Source of the DNA: Chrysomallon squamiferum
Taxonomy: Eukaryota; Animalia; Mollusca
Assembly (NCBI GenBank): GCA_012295275.1
Contig: CM022668.1
Location: forward strand, 9,238,001-9,302,000
DNA length: 64,000 bases
Direction of reading: 5' to 3'
This document shows positions 53,651-64,000 of the stretch, in pieces (position 1 is the first letter of the stretch; each line of letters opens with the position of its first letter). The notes under the pieces were generated by a model. The model was not told the DNA's origin, ran no database searches, and was given only the letters and a program-made list of their open reading frames with translations. The position numbers and the translations under genes are program-made.

Positions 53651-56600
53651 GTGTTGTTCTATAATGATGAAAAAGTTTCAGTATTCAGTTGTAAAAGTAA
53701 TAAAAAATATATACCTACATATAATGTTGAATTCTTACATCAAGCAGTTTAGTGAGAATAAAAAAGACTGAAATATATTTAACAAAACTTTATGGATGTA
53801 AGCATTACTTACTGTGTTGTTTGGAACAGGTATATCGGAGCCAATTTTCTCCAGAATTGGATGTCGCCCTTGTTTAACAGCTAAAGTATCCGTGAATTCA
53901 GGCCTGACTGCAACAAAAATAATACAAAAATGTGAAGAAAAATAATAATAAAAAATCCTATCCGTGTTCAGTTATATAATTATTACAAACAGATGCAAGA
54001 AATGCTAAATAAATTAAACACAAATAAACACTAATATCTGTATTCTGGAAAAAAAAATAATAAAATAAAATAAATAAATAAATCAGATATAATAATTTAG
54101 CTTCATAACATCAGCAACAGATAAATCAAATGTAATAATTTAGTTGTATAACATCAACAACAAAGCAGTGTCTCATCACATAACTTGTGATCTCAAAATA
54201 GTTTATTCAACTTACCATAAGAAGACAGAGTACAGGCATGTGCAAATGAAACAAGCATGTCCAGCATTGAAACACATTCAGATAACTTGTACAGACAACT
54301 GACATGTTCTCTGATCTCATTTAACAACTGGCAGACCACACTGAAACACAAACATTTTCAGTCTGTTACCATTATATCAAACAAACAAACAAACAAAACC
54401 TGATACATAATTTAAATCATATAGGTAATGTTTGAAGCTCCTTCTAAATGTAATTATAAGTTAATCTTTTGTCCTTAAACATATGTACATCAAGCAGTGT
54501 AAGAAAATGTCAGTGTTTGTAAAATTATTACTGCATAATGTATCAATTTTCACTTACATATTTGTCATTAGATAAATCTCCTGAAGTGATTCTTTCGTGC
54601 GATCTGTTAAAATTATAATTTACTGTTACACAGAATAAAATAATAATGAAAAAAAAAAAAAAAAATTCCAGTTGTCAAAGGATATAATACTTTACCAAAC
54701 ATTTTAATATTTAGGATCCTCTACATATTTTTGTTATGTACATTTTCAATAAAACTTTAGCAATTATAAATAATAGAAAACTAAAGTAAAATTATTACTA
54801 AAGATTTAACATTAAAATAATTTTAAAGCATAAACATTTTATTTCAAATTTATGATAAACTGAATATATTGCTACTTGTACAATAACTTAGCAAGCAATG
54901 AAAATAATTATTTACAAAAACAATTAATACAGTTGAAAAATGTTTAAAATAAAAAGAACTACATTTAATATACTTACCATTGAGTTGAATCTGGAATTAG
55001 AATATATATATATATATAGACACATACACACACAAAGCACACACACACACACATATAAATACATACATATATATATATGTATGTATGTATATGCATGTGT
55101 GTTTGTGTGTGTTGTTTGTTTTTCTTCTCTCACTTTTATAAACATAGTGTCACAGTTTCAGTCCCCATAAAAAGCTTATTTTAAATATTAAATTGACCTA
55201 TTTTCTAGATACATTAGCTATTAAGACAAATTTTATAACCAAAAGATTAAAAAATATTTGTTATTCTTTATAAAACTAATATCATAAATTGTAAAACTGA
55301 ACAAAACTTAAAAATCAAATCAAAATATATTTTAAAAAGAAAAAAAATGAAAAGAATTTAGATAGATATTTTCTTGTTTTGAAAGACTATTTCATACAAT
55401 TATTAAATGATTATTATAGAGATGTTTCTTTTTTAAAATTTATTTTAAGTTTATTTAAATGGATGACTAAATCAATTTTTTAAAAATTACACAAAAAAAT
55501 TATTTAAGAAGTTTTTAATAAATAACCAGATCAGTTGTAGTGAAGCTGAGTGTATTTCTAGACTTGGTGACTTTAAGAAAATCTCCAGGCAGGTTTTCTG
55601 CAGTGTACTGTTCAGATCCACCACAGTAGAGCTGTATGTAGAAATTTCTAGTTGTACTGAATGCTGTACGAAGAGGCAGGCTGTATTGCTCACCCAGCTG
55701 TTTGACAACCCCTGTGTAAGTACAAACACTTTTAACAATTAATGATAAATCTGTTATAATATACACAAATATAAAATTATTATATAACAGTGTAGTAAAA
55801 ATATTTTCACTAACTAAAGATAATTCTTTTATAATATATATAAATGTAAAACTGTTACATAATAATGAAGTACAAATATTTTCAGTAATTAAACTAAATT
55901 AATCTATTATAATATATAAATATACACAACAATGCAACATAAATATTTTCGGTAAATAACAATAAATCTATTATATCATAAATATAACACTATTATACAA
56001 CAATGCAGAACAAATATTTTGACTAACTAAAGATAAATATAATTAATGTAGTACAAATATTTTCAACAATTGAAGATAAACATATTAATAAACAAAAATA
56101 TAACACTATTATACAACAGTGTATTACTAATATTTACACTAATGATAAATATATTATAACAGACATAAATATATGCAACAATGCAGTATAAATATTTTCA
56201 ATAACTAAAGATAAATATATGTAATATACATAAATATAACACATTATATAAGAATGTAGTACAAATATTTTCACTAAAGATAAGTCTGTTGTAATACACA
56301 TAAAGATAACACTATTATACAACAGTATAGTACAAATATTTTCACTAAAGATAAATCTATTACATAAATATGATTATAACACTATTATGTAATTATGCAT
56401 TACAGATATCTTCAATAACAAAAGATAAGTATACAAAAAAGTACAATGTAATCGTCACTATTTGACAACTCCTATGTAAGTAAAATATTTTCTTTAACTA
56501 AAGACTGACAATTCCTACTGAGACATAAAGAAAATGATATATTGAACAAAATATAAAATCAAATCAATCTGTGTAGTTATGTATTACTATGTCAGACCAT

Positions 56601-56986
56601 TTTTAAAATACCAAGAATGTATTCTCACAATGATTTCCTTATATAACTTAGTGCTCACCTACTATATCATCTACAATTTCTGTATATGTCCTTCTTGCAA
56701 GATCAAGCAGACCTGAAATGAAAAAAAAAAAAAAAAAAAAATTTTGTCCAAAAGAGTAATGAAATTAATGATTAATAACTATGGACAGGTAACACAGAAT
56801 GTAAACAGAATTATCTACGAATGGTTGTAGTAGGTGAAAATATTTTGTAATTAACAGCATTTTACAGATTAGAAATATCTAAATTTGATTTTTAGAAAAT
56901 AAAAACAGGTATAAGATTTAATTTACAATAGGTCAATAATTATTTAAATATGTATTATTACTTACCATTTACCTTTGGCTAAAATA

Positions 56987-57017
<31 letters not shown>

Positions 57018-57654
57018 GTGCATGTATTTCTTTCGTTATATATAAATAAAACAAAAATACTGATATCCCCACCATTGCATACTTTTGATAAATTGTTTGT
57101 ATGATAATTAATAATGAATGAATTAATACTTAAAAATAAATCAGTACTTTTTAATTAACAGTTATTGGGTGTCATTCAAATTTTCTTATATAATCTATAA
57201 TGGTATGAGATCGAAAATCCACTACTACCTCTCCAGAATATAGACCATTTTTTTTTTTTTAAAATGGCAGTATTATATTTACAATATAATTTATATGTAA
57301 TATATACATTGAGAAGTAACACTGTCTTGCTAAATATAACTTAGTAGCAATACACAATTGTACTGGTGAAATATAACACACTAAAATATTTAGAACTGTA
57401 ATGTAGCTCTGATATTGAACATTAAGGTACAGTGTAATATGTAATACTTGAGATTTGCAAATATTGGGTTATTTTCTGTGGCTGTTACCTTCACAGCAAA
57501 ACACTTCTGAGTTCTCATGTTAAGTGCACCTTTTTGATATTTTGTATCTTCATGGATAACACTATTTATACTTTTCATCATCAAGTCAAAACGAGGATCT
57601 TCCAGTGACTGTGATCAACAAAAATAATAATAAAAACTAGCAGTAGTACTAGCA

Positions 57655-57702
<48 letters not shown>

Positions 57703-58801
57703 GCAAACAACAATAATAGCAACAATAGCAACAACAGTATATTAAATAAAAATAATTTTTTACTTTATGTAAACTGAAACTGTAATAATCTAAGATTATT
57801 CTAGGTGACAGAAAATGGTTGATTAGCATTAGTTTAATATATGAGTTATTGGTAAAGGAATTAAATGTTTGTGCAAACAGCTATTGTCTGATGAAATATT
57901 CTTCAATAAGATGATGATGACCAAAGTATTATCTCTTTAACCAGATTAGTAATACTACTGATTTGTAAATGGAAAGAAGTCTTGTCTAGTATAAGTTTTA
58001 TTACAAATTTTCCAACACAAAAACTTCATTCAGAACAAATCTACACTGCTTCTGTTTGATGTTAATTATCACTTGTAATAGGGTGCAAGATAAGTTTGAT
58101 GCCTGAACCTCAAATATCTTTATTCTGCTAAAAATTATAGCAGAATAAAGATATCAGAGGTTCAGGCATCTGAGCAACTGTATCAGGCTGGTAAATATCA
58201 CCTCAACATGACCACAGATGTGGGTGAGAAAAAGGCTGTTGTTTAAGCCTGTCTTAAACACATTTACATTGAAAAGGACTCACCACTACAACTACCTTTA
58301 GAAATTATTATTTGCAATAAATTAAAAACTTTACATATTTATTATTACCTTACAGTAAGCTTTCAAAAGTGGATTTTCGCAGTCTTTGAGAAACTCAGTG
58401 AGAGGTTCAACAAGCTCCAGAGTGTGTTTTAAATAAATAATGTTAGTAATTTTGGAATCAGCTGTTTTAACAGAATCCTGTTTTGGAATCTGAACACAGA
58501 GAGAAATTAGGTGGTCTACATCTAGAAATCGACCAATCACTGATTGCAGATTGTAAAATATTTGCTCCTTCTCAGTAAACTCAGCAACTATCTCTTGTCT
58601 GGTGTTAATTGTTACCAGATCTGTAAATAAAATAATCATTTAATGTTGAAAATTAACCTTTATTTATTGTTGAATTTCTTCTTCTTTTTCTTCTTCTTCT
58701 TATTTATTTTTTTATTTATTTATTACTTTTTCATTACTATTATTATTTGTAAAATATTAATTACTTTTTTATTTATTTATTTTTATTTTTTTATTTTTTG
58801 T

Positions 58802-58832
<31 letters not shown>

Positions 58833-60462
58833 ATATTTATTTGGATGTTTGTATGCATGTGAACATTTATTACCACAAGGAGGCTGAAGAATGTTTGATC
58901 TCAACAAGCGAGCTCCTCCAGGTGTTTTTGTGTAATTAAGAATTCCATACAGTGTATGTCCACTTTTTGGATCACGAAGATTTTGTAAAAGCTCCAGATT
59001 TTTAGATGTAGATGCATCTGAACACAAATTTACAATTAATATTATATACATCTATATATATATATATATATATTAACTCTGTGCATATATGTATGTACAT
59101 ATGTATGTGTGTGTGTGTGCATGTGCATGTATTTGTCTTTAATACATTCATTCAGTAATAAAAATGCTTTTGTTGTGGAAGCACTTGTGTGTGCATTTGT
59201 TTTTTTAATTCATACTTTTAATCTGTATTTGCTTGATTATTTAGATGGCTTTTTATTTAATTACTCAAGTGCTTTATTCATTTAAATGTAGTGAGCAGTG
59301 AAAAAAAACACAATTACAGTAAAAATATCTTAACTGCAATTAAGAATGTTTACCTATCATGGTTGTGTGTTCACTTCCTTTGAAGACAGCTTTTAATGAT
59401 GAAGGTGCAAACACTATGTTCTGTATAAATTCTACATATTTGAGTAAGGCAGCTGATGCTGCCAGACAATAATACCTAATAATTTACAATGTCACTGTTA
59501 TTATAATAGTTACGACATTAAGAGAGCAAGATTTCTTTCCATCATATATTAACTAAGCTAAAGAATATTTTTACTTAAAAAGAGAAAGATGATTCAGTAC
59601 AAACATAAAACAGACAATTATCTTAACAAATACTAAGAAATTATAAGGATACAGAGACATATCTACAGAATTTGTTTAAGGTTAAAAAGAAAAAAATGTA
59701 ATTTCTTCATATATTACATTAATTTCAATAATTCATGTAGAGATGTGTGCCTTACGAAATAATTGTTTATAAAATTAAAGTAACATTTTATTTTAAACAA
59801 AAAATATGCAAGAGAAAAAGGTCTTACTTAGCAGACACTTCCAGTTCTATGGCCTGACATTCTGCTAAACACAAACGTCGAAGGTATTGTAATCCTTGAC
59901 ACAAAGAAAAAATATTTGACTTCTGTCAAAATTCTGATAGATAAAGGCTTTTACTAGAACTATAAACAAAATCTAAACATTTTAAGTATTATTTTAGCTT
60001 GAAATGTCTGAAGTAATAATTATTATTTTAATCTAATATAATGAAATAATAATTATGTTATAAACACACAATCTAATAAGTGAAGTAAAAAAATTCAGTT
60101 ATTCTTCCTAAATATTTGTTACAGTTATATAGAAAACATTAATGTGCAAAACTTTCCAATAATTTCTTTATAATCTAGTGAAAACATCAGTTAATTGAAT
60201 ATTAACTGTGATGTTTTTGCTAAATTTCTGTTGGAAACAACTAATAATAATAATGGTACCTTTAGTTTCATTAAAGTATTTTCTTTGTACAGTTGAGACA
60301 CTGCTGAACTGAAAACTGTCTGTAATAAGCTGGAAAAGCTTAGATGTATTACCACTATCACAGGCTGTGTTTGGCATGATTATCTGAAGAAAATCAAAAC
60401 TTACTGAGAGAACATAATATTTATTTAATAATATTTCTCTTACAGTAGCTTCTTTCCCAGAT

Positions 60463-60493
<31 letters not shown>

Positions 60494-62509
60494 AAACAAT
60501 AAGAAGAATTGCATTTGAAAAATATGCAATGTTCATTTTATTTTCTTATTATGCAGATAAGGAAAATTTAATATGTTTTTCTCCATAGTTTCAGAAAGTG
60601 AAGCTATAACATAAGCACTTTTCAAATATCCAGTTCAATTTTAAGTATCACTGGAAAAACGATAGCACTGTCTGTAGGTATGATAAAATTTAATTTAAAA
60701 AAAATAATAATAATAACTACAAATTAATGTTATAATAGATTGCCTAATGGAATTATATGATAAACACTAAATTACAAATATTCAAAAGCTGCATGTTACA
60801 ATGAAAATAATTAGAATGTTTAGTATATTCATTTTTTTTTTAACATCTTTTTTGTTCTAATTCTGCAAATTTACAATGTAATCAATCACCATAATAACAC
60901 TTTCTTTTAATTTAATTATTATATTTTTATTTTACATATTATGACTGACAATTTTTTTTTTTTTTTTTTCTGGAATGCTGTCAATTAAAACAAAAAAAAA
61001 ATCAAACAAAAGAAATTTAAAAAACCGAAACAAACAAAAAAACCAGCAATATATACCTCAATTGGCTGAAGAATCTGTAACTTAGTAATTGTTTTCACAT
61101 ATGTTTGACTGTCTGAAAACTGTGATAAAACCAAAATTGGAGATTTCAAATTTAAACTTGCCATTCCAATTTCTCCACGAGCCAAACCTCGCCCCTCCAC
61201 TAGAGCTGAAAATAAAAACTTGTTGAAGTATACCAGTGGCTGTATGAAGCATTAAATAAAATTGGAAGGCAGAATGCAAATAAAATATGACTTGGAAGAA
61301 TGCAAAATGTATTTATACTATTTCTTTATATTTCTACAGATACACCTTTAAACCAAACGGTTAATACTGTTCTATCAGTCAGTTAATCATATATATGATT
61401 ACATTTTTTTTTCTATTTTAATAATATATAATGTCTTATATGAAAACAAGCATAACCTGAAAGGTAATTTGGTTTGGAATGCAGTGTCTAAATTGATCAT
61501 TTGTTTTTTAATTTGATGGATTAATAAAACAATTGCTTATATTTAATGATTGAACATTTATATATAAATATTTAAGAAGAAAACTGTTCAGTTATATTTG
61601 GCAATGTTTTATTATTGTTGTAGTAATAATAGTGATTAAAATGATGGAAGCTGAAATATTATTAGTAATACAAGTAGGAATAAGAATAGTTCTAATGGTT
61701 ATGGTGCTTTTAGTGGTTGTGGTTACTTGCAGTGGTGGTTGTGTTAAAACAGCAGTAGTAATAATAAAACTAGTTTATTGTTAATAATTATAACAGTCTC
61801 AGAGGTTCTACAAATACAGCAATATTAAACTGTATAAAATGTTGCTAACATACATTACACTGACAGAGCTGCTAATATAATCAAACTTGCTCAAGAGGAA
61901 ATATTTAACACTGGAATCATCTTTCTGATATAAACTGTCTGAACTGTTGACTACAACATACATTTTGTCTGAAATGCTGCTAACCTACAATTACAGGATT
62001 GCTCGATTCTGCAGAGGGGGTGGTAGATGACCCAACACGAGGAGTGTGATGAGACCCAGGTGTCTTAGACTTTGATGAGGAACTGTGTCCAGGTGTTCTG
62101 TGGTGTACACCTCTTGTAGAACTTGGAAAAAAAAAAAAAAATAACAATAATAATCATTATAATAATGCATACAATAATTTTACTTTATTAACATCATAAA
62201 TAAAATGGAGACTGGACTTTACAGATAACTAGTCATGATTGTAGGAATGAGTACTTGAATAACAATATATTTCATGGAATAATTGCTTGAATGAAAAATT
62301 AATGTAAGGAAAAACATTTAAGTTATTAAATGACTATAATATTGCATCTATATTATATACATACCCCAATGAGCTGCTGCTTGAAGGATAAATGGATGAT
62401 GTAGATGATAATCCAGGATTTATTTGGAAAACATCACTGCGTTCTGCTATAAGGTGAGAACTGATTGTTGGCAAATCTGAGGTACAAGGTGTTTCCAGCA
62501 AACCAAAGG
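49910..62509 (-). CDS. MSH4: MutS homolog 4 (meiotic MutS-gamma subunit), at least 24 coding exons, more than 865 aa, start codon not resolved
   Basis: Exons (minus strand) 62509-62365, 62121-61985, 61205-61057, 60383-60260, 59894-59828, 59475-59354, 59017-58874, 58620-58349, 57608-57489, 56978-56966, 56712-56659, 55711-55527, 54990-54978, 54603-54558, 54340-54216, 53907-53813, 53421-53374, 53056-52889, 52501-52429, 52158-52094, 51426-51356, 51084-50981, 50561-50473 and 50080-49910 join in frame. MSH4-type [34 protein letters not shown] and [13 protein letters not shown], Walker [20 protein letters not shown] and Walker [12 protein letters not shown]. Confidence 0.96.
51481..51660 (+). mobile_element. 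Tigger4/MER46-like DNA transposon fragment in an MSH4 intron
   Basis: GTTGAGGATCCCTTATCTCAAATGCTTTGGATCAGA...TTCATTTATGTTTTATAT...ATAATTTGGTGCATGAAA follows the recalled order of MER46-type motifs. The terminus resembles that of the element at 959. Confidence 0.4.
54978..54990 (-). CDS. MSH4: MSH4 13-nt microexon (IQLN+G)
   Basis: TTCCAG|ATTCAACTCAATG|GTAAGT. Required to join phase-0 TTTDL to phase-1 (D)[10 protein letters not shown]. Confidence 0.85.
55715..56500. repeat. Degenerate ~65-80 bp tandem array abutting an MSH4 acceptor
   Basis: GTACAAATATTTTC...AAAGATAAAT...ATAACACTATTATACAACA repeated about 10-11 times, starting at the acceptor at 55712. Confidence 0.8.
56966..56978 (-). CDS. 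MSH4: MSH4 13-nt microexon (PKVN+G)
   Basis: TTTTAG|CCAAAGGTAAATG|GTAAGT. Required to join phase-0 CFAVK to phase-1 (G)LLDLARRTY. Confidence 0.85.
58098..58170 (-). other. 73-nt near-perfect hairpin in an MSH4 intron (pre-miRNA-like or foldback remnant)
   Basis: 33-bp inverted repeat GATGCCTGAACCTC-AA-ATATCTTTATTCTGCTA / TAGCAGAATAAAGATAT-CA-GAGGTTCAGGCATC with a 7-nt loop. Confidence 0.7.
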
Positions 62510-62561
62510 CTAATGATATGTAAAAATAAAAAAAATAAAAAATTAAATTAAATTAAAAATT

Positions 62562-62597
<36 letters not shown>

Positions 62598-63445
62598 TAA
62601 ATAAAAATAAACAAAAATAAAATATGTAAATACTGATATATTATTAAGCAAAAACATTTTGATCCAATTACTATATCCTATTATTAGTATATAAAAAAAA
62701 GAGTGAAAATTAGATTATGACAAAATCAAATTAAAATGATCAAAGACAATTAAAATAATTACTTTATCCATTTATAATAAATAATGTTGACAAAAAGATT
62801 CATCTAGCAATGCCAGTCCTAAACATAATTTCCAAGCTTTTAACTGTAATTGGATGATTACAAATGCTGTGTTCAATGATATTTGTTTGTTTTTAAATCA
62901 AACAAATACAAATTCTACATCATTTTTCTTAAGGTCATCAAACATTAAAGTCTCTTTTTAAAATCTTCATATTATATAAAGTGTAACATAACAGAATTTT
63001 CAATTCTGCTAATTCAAACAACCTGAAATCCCCCAATCACAATATATATTAAATGTGAAATGGTAAATTGTTTGAGTGTGAGTGTGAGTGCATATTCACA
63101 AATGCATCTGTATGTTCAAAATTTTGTACTTTAATCTTTCAAAAATTATTATAAGATATTTATGATGTTTATATGTTATATACTGGTTATTTTTATTTGT
63201 GCTTAATATAAACTGAGACAAATACTTTCTTACTGTATTTAGGCTTTCTTTTCTCATCAGAAGTCATATTTATTTATACCTTGTCAAAATTCCTGAAAGA
63301 TGGAGAATAATAAATAAACAAATAAATTAAAATAAAATGACTTGTAATAACAACAACAACAACAACAACAAGAAAAAGAAGAAGAAAAAAGTTCATGATT
63401 AAAATTTTCAATTTGTTATTTATTTTATGGATAAATAGATGACAA

Positions 63446-63499
<54 letters not shown>

Positions 63500-63501
<2 letters not shown>

Positions 63502-63682
63502 ATTTACCTGCGAGAGTAATCAATCCGTTAAAAAAAAAAAAAAAAAAAAAAAAATATCTGCACAGATAAAAACAAATAATAATAATAATTAAATAAAGAA
63601 AAAATATATTATTTAATAAAATGACAAAATAAATAAAAAGCAGTTAAAATAAAGAAAAATAACTTCACGTTATACAGTGTTA

Positions 63683-63737
<55 letters not shown>

Positions 63738-63880
63738 TTTTTAAATGTATTTGTTTTATTTTTTTCCGCAAATGTTAATTTTCGCAGACGACAAACTTGA
63801 TATGACGTCCTTAGCAACATTAACTTTGATCTCGTTTATGTCGTGAATTATCGAGATGGTCAAATGAGCGCTTAATAAAT
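63500..63880 (-). promoter_or_regulatory. Probable MSH4 promoter / 5' UTR region
   Basis: CpG-enriched patch at 63760-63870 with TGACGTC, and a minus-strand donor CGCAG|GTAAAT at 63508. Confidence 0.35.
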
Positions 63881-63890
63881 CAGATTATAA

Positions 63891-63930
<40 letters not shown>

Positions 63931-64000
63931 TTGTTATTATTAGTATTATTATTATTATTATTGTTGTTGTTGTTGTAGAACAACCAAAAATTTGAACTGC

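Noticed and set aside
63280-63292. Third 13-nt MSH4 microexon candidate (CAG|GAATTTTGACAAG|GTATAA)
   Set aside because: It contains an in-frame TGA in the phase needed to join exon 62509. At most it is a 5' UTR exon.

Overview
AT-rich, microsatellite-dense, intron-rich animal DNA. An invertebrate such as a mollusc is plausible from the desaturase type and repeat content, but this is inference only. Three spliced genes were reconstructed by hand with consistent splice phases. (1) The 3' nine exons of a front-end fatty-acyl desaturase of the FADS1/2 family (+, 836-6603). (2) An apparently complete 17-exon PFTAIRE kinase, CDK14-like (+, 12311-26460, about 497 aa). (3) MSH4 (-, at least 24 coding exons, 62509-49910, start codon unresolved), with two 13-nt microexons and a GC-AG intron. 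The most striking signal is a set of tandem-repeat arrays whose units are copies of the exon-intron junction itself. Around nine CDK14 boundaries, plus one each in the desaturase and MSH4, are amplified into up to about 20 decoy splice sites. The arrays extend into the intron, and several decay with distance from the functional site. The 28-49 kb interval holds no recognisable protein gene. It contains a MITE, SINE and mariner-like remnants, an orphan promoter-like palindrome cluster and a 2.2-kb compound (GT)n satellite. Most long ORFs in the supplied track are microsatellite artefacts.
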